A program made the translations under genes and the position numbers. 64,000 bases of DNA from Podarcis vaucheri (lineage: Eukaryota), in assembly GCA_965113315.1 (NCBI GenBank), contig OZ220366.1. One strand, written 5' to 3'. Of this stretch, positions 38,141 through 52,699 are shown one piece after another. The notes under the pieces were generated by a model. It searched no databases. It saw nothing but the letters and a program-made list of their open reading frames with translations, and was not told the DNA's origin. Positions within the stretch are counted from its first letter, which is position 1; each line of letters begins with the position of its first letter.

Positions 38141-39145
38141 ATTGATAAATGAGTATTTAATGATCTGCAGCAGTTTCCACTCACTGCAGGCAGACACAGA
38201 TTTTAGAACAGAAGTAGAAATAAGGAATTAATTTCTCTTACCTACCTACATTGAAAAACACAGATATTTAAAATCTTTATGCTAAGATTTTTATGAAGAC
38301 AAAATATTTACCATTAAATGTGCATTTTATAGGATTTTGTGTTTAGAAGTACAGTGTTTGGTGCTTTCCAGGGAGAAGAGTATTGCAGTTTTATCTTTGC
38401 TACTATTTACGGATATGAGATTAAGGACATTACTGTATTTGAGAATTCTAATGCAGTATTAAAACCTGGGATACTTAAAAGACAGAAACAAGTGCTTGAG
38501 GATTCTGTTTGAAATAGATGTGATTTGTTATATATTTGTGTTATGTTTATGTTTGGGGGAAATGGCTCTTTTAAAAAATATATGATTTCATGGATATTCT
38601 TAAAGGGGTTCATAATATATTGTACATAGTTCTGTGCTTTAAGAAAAATGTGGGTTGTTTCCCCATGCAAGTCCTAAGCTCTGTTCTTTCCTGTCATCTC
38701 CACTTATATGTACTATCCAGCCATCTATCAAATTTTACTTGTCCTTCCTTTTTTCCTCATCTGCTGATCAATGACTGTCATCTTTTTTGCATGATACTAA
38801 TAATCATGTGGTTATCTTATATTTGCTCTTAATTTGTGCTAAGAATGTTAAATTTATTACCTTTGTGTCATAATGAGCTTGCAGTTATTTGATTAGATAG
38901 GACAGAGCAGTCTATAACGTGTGTCAATGATTTTCTACACATACACGCAATTTAAGAAGCAGAATATGACTATGCATCTCTACCCTTATTAGTAGTATTG
39001 GAGTTGCATTGATTTAGGGATGCACTACAAAAATAATTTGGATATATCAGTAGAAGGAAAGGAATTAAAGTTTGATTGTGTTTGAACACAGAAGTAAAAT
39101 AGTAGAGTAGAATCACACATTTATTTTTAGCACACTTGTACAATA

Positions 39146-39408
39146 CAGTGGTACCTCGTAAGACAAATGCCTCGGAAGACGAAAAACTTGCAAGACGAAA
39201 GAATTTTTCGTTTTTTTAGTTGCTTCGCAAGACGAATTTCCCTATGGGCTTGCTTTGCAAGACGAAAACGTCTTGCAAGTTTTATTCCTTTTTCTTAAAA
39301 CCGCTTGAAGAGGTGCAGTTGCGACTTGACCGTGCTTCTCAAGACGAAAAATTCGCAAGACGAAAAAACTCGCAGAACGAATTGATTTCGTCTTGCGAGG
39401 CACCACTG
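39146..39408. mobile_element. Tigger-derived MITE, family A
   Basis: TIRs, TA TSD, repeated GCAAGACGAA motifs. Confidence 0.92.
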
Positions 39409-39465
39409 TATAGTGTTTAATGGAACAAGGCCAACAAAAAAGTTAATTCATGACTTTATTTTAAA

Positions 39466-39508
<43 letters not shown>
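39466..39508. repeat. (ATT)n microsatellite
   Basis: Directly visible. Confidence 0.98.
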
Positions 39509-39822
39509 CATTGGTTCAAGAACATTCATAATGAGATAATTATATATTGCCCTCTGACAAATGTATACTTTATGCAATAATCCTCACTTGGAAGGATAAC
39601 TTGGTGGTTGCCTATGGTGAGTATAAATTGTTTCCAGGCAGCCATTGAAGGAGACTTTGTCAGTTGGAAGAGAATTGCTCTTTTCTTTTGGACTGGCAAA
39701 ATATGCCACAAATGTCTGACACATAGGTGGATGTGGGCAAGTGGGCTAGTAATTGTTTCAGACCTATTCAGTGGTAAAAAAGCATGTCTACATCAATGTG
39801 AACTGTACTTGGATGATGGACT

Positions 39823-40740
39823 ACGACTTGGATGATGGACTCAAGGGCATCCTGATCAAATTTGCAGATGACACCAAGCTGGGAGGGGTGGCTAACACCC
39901 CAGAGGACAGGATCACACTTCAAAACGACCTTGACAGATTAGAGAACTGGGCCAAAACAAAGAAGATAAACTTTAACAGGGAGAAATGTAAAGTATTGCA
40001 CTTGGGCAAAAAAAATGAGAGGCACAAATACAAGATGGGTGACACCTGGCTTGAGAGCAGTACATGTGAAAAGGATCTAGGAGTCTTGGTTGACCACAAA
40101 CTTGACATGAGCCAACAGTGTGACACGGCAGCTAAAAAAGCCAATGCAATTCTGGGCTGCATCAATAGGAGTATAGCATCTAGATCAAGGGAAGTAATAG
40201 TGCCACTGTATTCTGCTCTGGTCAGACCTCACCTGGAGTACTGTGTTCAGTTCTGGGCACCACAGTTCAAGAAGGACACTGACAAACTGGAATGTTTCCA
40301 GAGGGCGGCAACCAAAATGGTCAAGGCCTGGAAACGATGCCTTATGAGGAACGGCTAAGGGAGCTGGGCATGTTTAGCCTGGAAAAAAGGAGGTTAAGGG
40401 GTGATATGATAGCCATGTTCAAATATATAAAAGGATGTCATATAGAGGAGGGAGAAAGGTTGTTTTCTGCTGCTCCAGAGAAGCGGACACGGAGCAATGG
40501 ATCCAAACTACAAGAAAGAAGATTCCACCTAAACATTAGGAAGAACTTCCTGACAGTAAGAGCTGTTTGACAGTGGAATTTGCTGCCAAGGAGTGTGGTG
40601 GAGTCTCCTACTTTGGAGGTCTTTAAGCAGAGGCTTGACAACCATATGTCAGGAGTGCTCTGATGGTGTTTCCTGCTTGGCAGGAGTTGGACTCGATGGC
40701 CCTTGTGGTCTATTCCAACTCTATGATTCTATGATTCTAT
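39823..40740 (+). mobile_element. Young 5'-truncated CR1 LINE (RT C-terminus + 3' UTR)
   Basis: ORF with KFADDTKLGG, CEKDLGVLVD, LYSALVRPHLEYCVQFWAP, RRLRGD; one frameshift (~40325) and one premature stop (~40568); CTATGATT tandem tail. Confidence 0.95.
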
Positions 40741-42074
40741 TCTATACTTAGTACCATCAAGTTTTATCCCAAGTTCTGAACCATGGGTTGCCAACCATTT
40801 TGGTCCTGTGAGAGCATTAGACTTTTGAGAGTGCAATAATTCCCTCTGGTTGCTTGTTTTCCCTCTTCATTCTTCCCCTTCCCCTCTTAAACAGGCAGAG
40901 AGAATGTGTTGACACACACAGACCTCTTTTCAAAGGTATATAGATGCTAGTTGGATCCAGTATAATTTAAACATAACCTCTTGAGTTCACATAATTCTGC
41001 ATGTGGTCCTCTAAGAGCACCTGCAAATTAAAACTTAGAGTAGACCACACAGTAAAATCCACAAATCTAATGTTTCCAGCACCACAAAAATATTGACTGA
41101 AGGCACTGATTCTCATGGATCCCCACCCCCCTTAGATAGGATGAAAGCCCACCAATATATCGCGTCTATGGACACAGAGAACACCTATGATTTGATGATA
41201 GTTCTGAAGACATCCTTTTAAAAAATCGTGGTAGCATTGACTAAATGCAAAATCCATGGCAGATCTGTGATTTGATATCAGTTTTTAGGCGGTGGTGGTG
41301 GTGGTGGTGAGAAACAAAAAAGAAACAATTTCAAGAGGAACCCTTTTTACTAGATTCAGCTTATGTGAACATGCACATTCTGTCTCCTGACTCCTGTGGA
41401 ACCCTACTTCCTCTCTCCTGTCCACTCTGTTTTTTCTCTCCCACCCCAGTCAAACTGCTTTTGTTCAGCTGTTGAAAGCAAATAGAGCTGAAAGAGGAAG
41501 CAGGAAAGAACATAATTTTACTTCAGCTTCCTTCTTAAGCTCTATGAACATTTAACATTGGAAACAAAGCTAACCACCTCAAGAAGAATGAGACAGTGAG
41601 CCATGGTGTATATATGCAGAAGCTTCATGGGCACCAGGGGATGTCTTCATGGGCACCATTGCTTGTGTTTGTACTGTGCATAATCATTTCCCCTGTATTT
41701 TACAGCCGAAAATACTGAAAATTATATGTCACTGGTAATAAATTATGGTAAAATAAAGTTTGTACTCAAGGCAGTTCTTTTTGTTATAATTATTTATTAA
41801 ATTTGGATTAACACCCTTCATCTGAAGATCACATGGCAACATAAAAATACCAACAGCATATATAAGTAATGGCCATTGAATAGCATGGTACTCTGTGCAC
41901 AGCGTCAAAGAGTCAGGATACATATCCTGATCTCCTTCATATAGAAGCAAACCAAATTATGTGTCTAGAAAACAGACTTCAGCTATCTGCTGTGTCTTAT
42001 AGTCATGTGCAGTCTTCTAAAGTTTGCATTACTATTTTGCACATTTCTTTTTGGACAATTCTTAATAAGATAAA

Positions 42075-43105
42075 TACATAAGAAGAGCCTGCTGTCCAGC
42101 TAATGGCTCATCTAGTCCATCATCCTGTTCTCAAAGTGGGCAACTAGATGCAGGTAGGAAACCTTCTGCATGAAAAACCTGAGCACAAGATCTCTCTCCC
42201 CTCCGGCACTTCCCAGCAACTGATATTCAGGAGCATTACTGCCTCCAACTGTGGAGGCAGAACATAACCATCATGGCTAGTAGCCATTGGTAGCCTTTTC
42301 CTCCATGAATTTGTCCAGTTCTCTTTTAAAGCCATCCAAGTCAGTAGCCATCACTGTCTCTTGTGGGAGCAAACTCCATAGTTTAACTATGCACTGTGTG
42401 AATAAGTGTCCTGTATCTTCCAGCAGTCAGTTTCACTGGATGTCCACAAGTTCTAGTGTTATGAGAGAGAAAACTTTTCTGTACGCATAATTTTATGAAC
42501 TTCAGTCATGTCACCTCTTACTTGCATTTCCTCTAAACTAAAAAGCACCAAACACTGCAATCTTTCTTTGTAGGGGAGTTTCTCCATTCCCTTGATAATT
42601 TTGGTTGTCCTTTTCTGAACCTTTTCCAACTCTACCATTTTTGAGGTGATGTTACCAGAACTGTATATAGTATTCCAAGTGTGGTTGCACCGTAGATTTG
42701 CATAGTGGCATTATCACTCCAGCAGTTTTGCTTTCAGTACTTTTCCTAATGACCTATAGTTTGGAAGTTAGATTTTTCTCAGCTGCCATGCACTAGGTTG
42801 GTATTTTCATTAAGCTTTGTATTATGACCCCAAGGTTTCATTCTTGGTCAATCACATCTAGTTCAGACTCCATGAGCTTACATATGAAGTATTATTTTAC
42901 TCCAACATGCATCACTTTTCTTTTATTTATGTTGAATTCCGTTTGCCATTTTTGCTACTCATCCAGTCAATCCGGAGAAGTCCTTTTGGAGCTCTTCACA
43001 CTCTCCCTTTTTAAAAAAACCAAAACAAAAACAACCTTGAACAGTTTAGTGTCAACAGCAAACTTGGCCCCCTCATTACTCACTACTAATTCTAGATTGT
43101 TCAGG
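42075..43105 (-). mobile_element. Older CR1 LINE 3' fragment (~1 kb)
   Basis: Starts ACATAAGAAGAGCCTGCT (reverse tail); RT remnants to GTCAACAGCAAACTT (KFAVD, from KFADD). Confidence 0.85.
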
Positions 43106-44091
43106 AATTGTAGAAAGTCAGGTGATTACTCATGCTCTCTTCCTTTAAACGTAGTGTTGCTTGCAAAATTAATTGGTAAGAAATGAGTAAATTAGTTACG
43201 TTTTCTTTATATAAAAAAAAGCTGATGTGCATTGCTTTATACAGTTTTTGCATAATTGTGCATTTTAAATTTTAAGCTACTAGCTTTTAAAAAAAAGCTT
43301 TCAACAGATGGGGTGATGGTATTTTTCAGTTACGGAAAGATATAATATAAGTTCTAATTTTGAGAATGGGATCAAGGTGTTTTGTAAGGCAAACATGTTA
43401 TAAACTGGAATAGAAAGGAAACTAGAATATACATGCAGATGATACTGTTTCGTATATAGCAACATATGATATCTTTAGAGGAAATAGTTACAGATAATTT
43501 CAACATGCTTGCAGTGGGGAACTGCTTCCCCACAGGCCTATTTAGCACCCTAAGCTTTTTTGAGAGTTGGGACAATATATAAATTTAATAAAAAATAGAA
43601 TAAAATAATTAGGTCCACCAGGCCTCTCCATGTGACCCACAAGTCCACTTTATCCAATGTATGGCCCCAGGTGTAGGATAATGGTTTACTCTGAAAGTAG
43701 CGTTTGTAAGCACTGCCAATCAGTTGTTTCTCCGCCTGCAGAATTTGATGTCAGGCTGTGCGGGCAAACAAAAATGGGTCACATAATGTCAAGCTGACAC
43801 CAGGTGCATGACAAGTGACTGACCCTGGCCGCTTGTTGAATTTGGCCCATGGGGTTGGGGGAACTAAGGATCCAGCTAGTTGGTTGTTCCCCACCCTTGC
43901 AATTTGGTTTTAGTTTGTACAGTCATATCAAAAAGGGAATGCATTACTGATGCCACATTTTATTAAATCTCCAATTCCAGCTACAAGTAATACATGGCTG
44001 AGTTTCTTTGGCAGATGCTTGAATTTTGTTTGAGTTACATACATGTAGGATTTTTAAAAAATCATTTTTTTCTTTCCTAACCTTTATCTAA

Positions 44092-44426
44092 GGGATTCGG
44101 GTGGCGCTGTGGGTTAAACCACAGAGCCTAGGACTTGCCGATCAGAAGGTTGGTGGTTCGAATCCCCGCGACGGGGTGTGCTCCCGTTGCTTGGTCCCTG
44201 CTCCTGCCAACCTAGCAGTTCGAAAGCACGTCAAAATGCAAGTAGATAAATAGGTACCACTCTGGCGGGAAGGTAAACGGCGTTTCCATGTGCTGCTCTG
44301 GTTCGCCAGAAGCGGCTTAGTCATGCTGGCCAAATGACCCGGAAGCTGTACGCCGGCTCCCTCGGCCAATAAAGCAAGATGTCGGTCACAACTGGACCTA
44401 ATGGTCAGGGGTCCCTTTACCTTTAC
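44092..44426 (+). mobile_element. Sauria SINE (lacertid type), near full length
   Basis: tRNA-like head with A box (GTGGCGCTGTGG) and B box (GGTTCGAATCC), conserved GCAAGTAGATAAATAGGTACC core, CCTTTA tail, TTTATCTA flanking duplication. Confidence 0.92.
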
Positions 44427-46511
44427 TTTTATCTAGGTCAATCTGTATTGTATTCCAATCTAATTAATGAATTGTGTTAAATCATGACTACCTATAGAGA
44501 AAGGGGAGTGAACTGGTGACTGTCTAGATCTGTAGTTCTTATACATTTTTTCCTAGGCCACACTTTCAGAATAAAAATTTACTCACGTCTTATCTTATTG
44601 ATAAGAAATACATTCGAAAACAAAAATAAACAAATCCTAGCAGTACTTGATTTATAACATAGAACACAATTACTTTATAATATGATCATGGGACATCTAG
44701 ATAGCATAAAACAATGCACCTACATAATAACATTAATAATTCCCAAAATATAATTATAAACAAGTTTCTTTGATTGTCCTTGAATCTTCCAGCCACACTT
44801 GCTATCTTCTCCAGTCACACCAGTGTGGCATGCCACACCCTTCAAGAACCACTGCGCTAGTTGTTAGTGGACTCCCAACTCCCAGCATCACAAACTAGCA
44901 TAGCAAATGTTCAAGGATGGTGAAGTTTACCGTCCAGCATCTCCTGGAGGGTCACAGGTTCTCTGCCCCTGCTCTAGAGCAAGACTTCTTTTGGGGGGGG
45001 GGACCTATACTCCCCCCCCCCCGGTTTGGATATAGAATTTGAATGAGAGATTGTGATAGATTTGCTACCACCAATGTGCTGTGACAACTCAAAAATAATA
45101 AAATTAAGTTAGATTTTGACATGGTATGTAATAGTTTACACTTGTACAATTTTTATTTAAAATGTTTCTCAAAGAGCTGTTCTCTGAAGTCTCTTCCCTA
45201 TTGTAGAGGGGGATTCTAGGACTTAATAGCTCTTTCATATTCATCCCAAATATTAAAAGTAAAGTATGCCTAAAAAATAGGGGGCAAATTTTGAGTACAG
45301 TCTCTCTCCCCACATATGCTTATAGAGAGCTCTTCTCATGGGGCCTTATGGAGCCTGCTGTCCTTTCTCCATATTCCCTGTTGCACATGCATCACAGCAT
45401 ACTGGTGATTACTAGGAGCAGAAAGTCCTAGCATTTCAAGTAATGGACAATGTGCTGTGTTGTTTGTGTGCCCATGGGGGCATGACGAGGTGGTGGTGAT
45501 TTTTTTCTGATTCTGCAATTATGGTTATTTTATTACTTACACATTCATTCAAAGAGGTAAAGAATATTCAGTATGCATGTAGTTGGAATCCTTACAGAAT
45601 CCAGTCATGTATGTCTTCTCATAAATTTTGGAGGATTTTTTTTTACACTAAGTTAGAATAGGATCTGGTTTAGCACATGTGGATTGTGTATTTCTTGCCA
45701 CCTTTACAATTAGACCTGCTTAGTCTTGGGGTCTCTGTCTTGCGCTCAGACTGACTCTCTTATATAGACTTCTTAGAGATGCTGAAAAAAAGTTAACTGC
45801 AACTTTGAAACTTGGCAATTTCATTTGTTATTAGTAATGTTAATTATGTTTTAATTTTATGAAATAATTCCGTTTTAGAAATGGGAATTGTTCTGTGGGA
45901 AAATATAGTACACTCGATTCTCAATTTAACGTGTGTTTAACATGTTCAAGTTCAACTTTACACTGTTGAAAGCTGGCTGGTTGAAATAAGATACATGGAA
46001 GGCAGAGATTTTTCCCAGTGCGGAAGGTGCTTTGAAGCTCCTAGGTTGGCTTACTGGGCTCTGGGAGGCTTTTGCAAGATCTTAGATGGCCCTGTGAAAT
46101 CTTGTGAGAGCCTCCCAGAGCCTAGTAAGCAAGAGCTTCAAAGATCTGTGCCTTGCTTGGGTGGGGTAAAATCTGTTCAGTGTGTCAGCTTCAGAAGGTA
46201 AGATTGCTCACATAGGGTCAGTTCCAATGGATTGTTTTGACTATATGCAATTTCAGCTTTACACGCTATCCCTGGAACGTAACTCCTGTGTAAGATAGGA
46301 TTTTCTAGAGTGTTGATGAGTGACTGTTTACTTCTTTCATCAAGGAAATATAATACTCATAAAAGTCAAACCTGTTTAATTTTGCAACTTAAGTGTTGGC
46401 ACTGAATTTAGTATTACTTTCAGTTTTTCTCCCAGAAGTGTGGGTTAGAGTGCTGATAAAAACAGGCCTGTAGGATGCACAAGTTTTAGAATTCTTCATT
46501 TGGTATGATTA

Positions 46512-46736
46512 CAGTGGTACCTTGGGTTAAGAACTTAATTCGTTCTGGAGGTCTGTTCTTAACCTGAAACTGTTCTTAACCTGAAGCACCACTTTAGCTA
46601 ATGGGGCCTCCTGCTGCTGCCGCGCTGCTGGAGCACGATTTCTGTTCTTATCCTGAATCAAAGTTCTTAACCTGAAGCACTATTTCTGGGTTAGCAGAGT
46701 CTGTAACCTGAAGCGTATGTAACCCGAGTACCACTG
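46512..46736. mobile_element. Tigger-type MITE, family B
   Basis: TIRs, TA TSD. Confidence 0.9.
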
Positions 46737-47584
46737 TACTTTGGGAAATGCACCTATTTTTGATTGCAGGATATGGAGAGAAGCAACTTGAGTAATTACA
46801 GATCACTTTTAATGGGAAAAATAATTTTCTCCTTTGTTGGGTAGTTACTACTGCGGTCCTGAAACAAATGTTAGCTTTGGGACCTTCATGCAGTTAAGAA
46901 GGGAGGAGTTCATGTAGGCTAAGCTGGGAACATAAGAGTAGGCAGCTGCTGCTCGGTCACTCTTCCTCCTAAGCCTCCATGCAGATCAGCACTGTTGACT
47001 GAACATTGCTGCCTCAGGTTGGAAAGGAACATGTGCCCTGCCACTTGTTCCTGTTCAACACCAATCAAGGCTCTGTTTCTATGTCTACCCTCTGGTTTTG
47101 CGGGAGCAGGCACAGAGAATAGTTGCTGCCTCTTAATCCCCTTGGTCCAAGAACTCCCAAATTGAGTGGTTAAAGTGGCATTCAGTGGTTCTACCAGCTG
47201 TTTTACTAGGAGCAGCATGCTGAAGGAAGTAGCAGGTGGTGATGGTGCTGCTGCTTGGGGGCTCCTAAGATACCTGCATGGAGCTTTCATTGGTTGTCAC
47301 TCACATGTGATTCTTCTTTGAAGAAGCCCCCATTCCTGGCTAATCATTTCTTAAGGGGCACATTTTTGTTCTGATTCCAATTTAGTGACTGTATCTCCTG
47401 AGGGTTTTGATGTAATAGTTCTGCATTGACTCTATCACTCATTGATTACCTATAAGAGATTTAGCATGGTTAATTCAGAGTTCTGGTCCTATTCTTGGAG
47501 CTACTGTGTCCATCCCAGCCTGCATCAGTGTTAGGTTTTTACTTGATCTCAACCCAGATGGAAAAATGCATTGGGACTGGAATA

Positions 47585-47814
47585 CAGTGGTGCCCCGCAA
47601 GACGAATGCCTCGCAAGACAAAAAACTCGCTAGACGAAAGGTTTTTTCATTCGCGATTTGCCTCGCAAGACGAATTCCCCTATGCGCTTGCTTCGCAAGA
47701 CGAAAATGTCTTGCGACTTTGTTAAGCCGTTTAAACCGTGCTTCGCAAGAAGAAAAATTCGTTAGACGGCAAAAATTGCGGAACGAATTAATTTCGTCTT
47801 GCGGGGCACCACTG
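47585..47814. mobile_element. Tigger-derived MITE, family A
   Basis: Perfect CAGTGGTGCCCCGCAAGACGAA TIRs and TA TSD. Confidence 0.93.
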
Positions 47815-48798
47815 TACCCCCTTTCCTGGAATTATAGTTATGAATTGAGAGAACATTAATATTTTAAACCCTCCTAATAGCAATGCACTGTATTTCTATG
47901 CATGCATACTTGGGAGTAAGTCTTACTGGACTCAGAAGAGCTTTTTTCCTGCATGTATAGGTTTATACTGCAAGGGTTATAATAGGAGTCGTTTTGCCAA
48001 CAATCTTTTGCTGTTCCAAAGATCTGAACTGGACAGTGCCTGCCAGTTTTACTATAAAAGGGTCTTGGAGAATTCAGGCTTGAATGGAGAGTTTAGTACC
48101 AAATCTTTCCAGCCAAGGAATGATCAAGATTTTTTAAGAAGAGTTGTGTGTTACTACTGGCTGCACCCTCAATTGTAGTTACTCAAACTGCAATTGGTAG
48201 TTTTGAGTTCTTGGTATCTTTTCGAATAGAAATACTGCTTTAGCATATATGTTAACATGTACCAATCCACATGCTGCTTCTAGAGAAATCTGTTTTCCAT
48301 GTGCATGTTAGCTTTTCTACTTGTGTTAATACATGAGTCATGTAAGTTTTCTCTAAATATTTTAATGAACTCCAGTGTGTTCATTAATTTTACAGAGCAG
48401 TTTCCTAGATGAAATTTTGTAGTTTTGTAAATGTGGGTATACTACACTGCTATTTTCCATCAAGCAAAACAGCTAAGCTTGCTTCTAGTAAGATGCAAAC
48501 TTTTACTTGATGGAAAACAGTAAGTTACCTACCAGAAACAAACAAAATAATGTTGTAAAAAATACTCCTATTATTTACAACCCTTGCAGTATCTTATGTT
48601 TATCTCTCTTTTTTTGCACAGCAGTATGATGGCTTCAGGCTGTGAAATGATTTATAAATTTGCAAAACAAACAAACAAACAAACAAACAAAACTTCCTTA
48701 CAAAAAGATGGTGCCTGCTGCAATATGGACATTTATTATCTAAAAACAGAAATTGGTTTAGGAATTACATCAGATACCAAAACCATTTTCATGCAACA

Positions 48799-48843
<45 letters not shown>
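48799..48843. repeat. (AGAT)n microsatellite
   Basis: Directly visible. Confidence 0.98.
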
Positions 48844-50300
48844 AACATTCTGTATTATATAGTTTTACATATGTAGAAACATCTCCAGCTTTAATGGTGG
48901 TCATGAGATTACAGTACTGGTATTTTGCATCTCCATTCCCATAGTGGCAGTATAATGTTATTGTTGAAAAATTGTAGCAAGGATGTCTTTCATATGTATG
49001 TATTTAGTGTCAAGTGAGCTACAGTCAGATAGCAATATCTCACTGGTCTGGGAATGGACATTAGTATCTGAATAGACTTGTTCTAGAAGTGTTTAGACCT
49101 CATCTACACTATGATATCATCTTTCTAAATAAAACAGAAGTAGAACCATTACAAATAACTTTTATTGTCTAAGAGTTTCAAAGTTATATTAAAAATTAAG
49201 GTGCAATCCTATGTATGTCTGCTCACAAATATATATATCATTGAGTTCAGGGGACTTACTCCAAGGTGAGAAAGATTTAATCTTAGTGTCTTTTTGGTAC
49301 ACATCATAGTAGGGCATTGAAATTTCACGATGCTTTATATAATTTTTGTATTGTCAAAACTGATAACAAAACTCCATAAAGCAGTTACTAAAAAACAGTT
49401 AAAAACTGTTAAAAGCAGTTAAAAACAGCCTATAACAATGCTATATATAAACAACCAGAAGCAAATCCATAAAATATTGTCATAAAATAAATATATTTTT
49501 AAAGTGTTCATTAAAGGTGTCTGCCTCATCCCCTGCTTGTTTTGTGGGAAAGAATATTTAATAAATAATTTAAATCAAGTTTCCCTTTTATACTTCACAC
49601 AATTCTTAAACAAACATACATATTCATTGTTTAATGAATATTTACAGCTAAATATGCTCTGAACACAGCCAGGGAGAAAGTCTCATCCTTGGAGTGGTTG
49701 TAGTTAGTATTGCACTGTTAAACTAACATTTATTTTATTTTAGAAAATTGCATATATGATAGTGCATTCTCTGCTCACCACATTGGAATGCTTATTAGAA
49801 GTCAACCACATATAACAAACAAACAGTTTTTATTTCAGAGTTTTTATATATAAAAGGGCACTGGCAAAGTACACTAACTTTCAGGCAACAAGGGCTGGTA
49901 ACTACTGGTAACTACAGGAGCCAGGGTGGAGGTGCAAGATACCCCAGGTCTTCCTTTCTTTGTTATGGCCCACAAGCTTTTGAACATGACCAAGGTAGGA
50001 AGGGAAAATGGGCCCCTGTTGAGCCCCATGGAAACTCCCCACATGTAGACTCTGCACCACTGGTTGGACTGGCCATATTGGTTATTGAAGAGGCTGAAGA
50101 AAGGAAATGTTGATGTAAAATCTAGTAAGCAGAAAGGTGTATCTGTAAATTATATATCTGTATCCATATAATAAAACCAGTCAATGCACACACATGCACA
50201 CAAACAAGAAAATAAATATTATACAGACATATGCAATTTCCTCAACGAGGTTCATCAACAGTTTTTAGAAATGAGAAATGTTTTGACTCACCCACATCAG

Positions 50301-50302
<2 letters not shown>

Positions 50303-50332
<30 letters not shown>
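50303..50332. repeat. (GT)n microsatellite ~130 bp upstream of coding exon 2
   Basis: Directly visible. Confidence 0.98.
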
Positions 50333-50334
<2 letters not shown>

Positions 50335-50438
50335 AAAAACACTCTAAATGAAAACTGATGCATACTGAAAAATTCCTCCCCCTTTTTGTATGTTTGACAT
50401 GAAGATAAAGCTCAATGGAATTAAGAAAGCTATACTAA

Positions 50439-50672
<234 letters not shown>

Positions 50673-51296
50673 TAGGAGATAAATATTTAAGCTGAGATAG
50701 TGCTCATGCACATCAGTCTGGAGTTCCAGACTCTCCTGCTAATAGTTCACGTCACTCCCACCTGACTCCGCTTCTTCACTGCAGAGTGGCAGTTGGGCAT
50801 TTGATGGTAACACTTGATTCTAGTATAAAATATGAGCGGGGAAATGCCTTTTTTCATACCTCACCTCAGCCATTAACTCACTAAAAGTATGCATAATGTT
50901 GCTGATAGCTTAACTATTTCTGTTAATTGTGCTTGGAACTTTGTTTAGTTCTTGGGTTAAGGCAAGGAGCTGGGTTAGCTTTAATCATGTAATGTGTTGC
51001 TGACAATAACTCATGGCTTAGACTGGTTGTAGCAAGTCATACTCCAGGAAGGATTGTGGGGTTTGGAGGGTGGAGGTATGCGAGCGGGGAAGAAAGATTC
51101 CATCTCTCTCTTGATTTCTTAACCATGGTCATGTGGCAAATGCTACATTTGTACTAAACCTGAGTGGCCTTAGACAAGCCACATGTATGTGCAATAGTAA
51201 GATAATTATAATAATCTATAACTTATGTAGATAGACCTTTAATATAGATAGGGATCGATCGAGGGGGAGAAAGATGCTAATAGTAAGCAATATATG

Positions 51297-51447
51297 CATT
51301 GCTTTTTTCTGGGGGGAAGCAGGGGTATGCATACCCCTAAACATTTTGTGAATCTAAGTTTGGCCTCATTGAGGGGCAGTATTTCAAATTGAGTAGGAAA
51401 ATTAGAGTACCCCCAAACTTTTTTTAAATAAAAAAAAAACCCCACTG
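51297..51447. mobile_element. hAT-type MITE
   Basis: CATTGCTTTTTT...AAAAAAACCCCACTG termini; 8-bp TSD aatatatg/gatatatg. Confidence 0.7.
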
Positions 51448-52699
51448 GATATATGTATTGCATTCTGCATTCAGATTTACAATAATTAGAGTTTTAAAAT
51501 TTTACACGGGATGGAAACTCCAGGCCCGACTTTGCATTCACTGATTTTCTACGTAACTAATACCAGATTCTTCTTCCCACAATCATTACTCCACTGTGAT
51601 TATAGTAGTAGCATGGTGGTTTTTAAAAGTGTAGCATAGTCTGTAAAATATGTCATGCTATTATTCCCGAGGAGCTACTTCATCAACTCAAGTCTACCCC
51701 AAAGGTTACCTTGCCTATTCCTTTGTGGTTCCATCTCTCTATTCCACAAGGTGTTCTTGCATCTTCAGTCTTCATTTGGGTACCCAAAGCCAAGTGTTTG
51801 TTAAACTAGCCTATCTATAACTGCAAATTACACCTTCTTCACCACCTAGATGATACTTGAAAGTAGAAAGTAGAAGATACTTTCAACCCATTTACGGTAT
51901 GGAATTAAGCAGTTTAAAATATTTGATAATTGGTGTATTCAAGCAAAGGAACCAGGAACAAAGTCCACCAACTAGTAAATTGTGCAGTCTTACAGCCTAC
52001 CACTGGCCTCTACTGGTAAGAGTGCATTTAGGATGCATCCTAATTCTATGCTAGTTGACATTTTATTGTTTAACTGTTTAAAATCAAGCCTAAAATACAT
52101 AGTTCTGAAGTTACTACTTCAGAAACAAATTCTCTTCAAATGGTAATAATTTGTTAGACATCTTTGCTGCATAAGATTTCCAACATATAGTCTCAGTGGA
52201 TGAAATGCAGTTATGTCTTCCCACTTGTGCAAGAGGAACTCCAGTAGTGAAATAGAATTGTACTTTCTTTCCTCCAATCCACCCATTCCTAGATCTGCTA
52301 TGTGGGTTTTCCCAACCCTCTGGAGAATATTTGAGGTTTGTGGGGAGGGGTGGAAATAGAAGGGGAGACCAAGAAAACCCATAGTGCTACTAGACATCTA
52401 TTCATACAATGTTAGATATGACCCAGTATTTCTATCTATTATCATTTCTATAGTCTTCATTCTTGAGGCCTTCACATCCTGTTCATAGTTTTCCTAGAAC
52501 ATTTGGCTGGCCTCTGTTGGAATGAGATTGTAGACTAGCTAAAATCTCAATCTGATTTAGTGGGGCTTTTCTTTATATTCTTTTAGTCACTTGTCTCCTG
52601 TTTTAAATCTTCATTATAAAATTCTAAATTCCTTGCATTGTGATTTAAAATAATCTTATCCATAGCATACAGTTTACTTAAAACCCCATTGAAAGTCCT

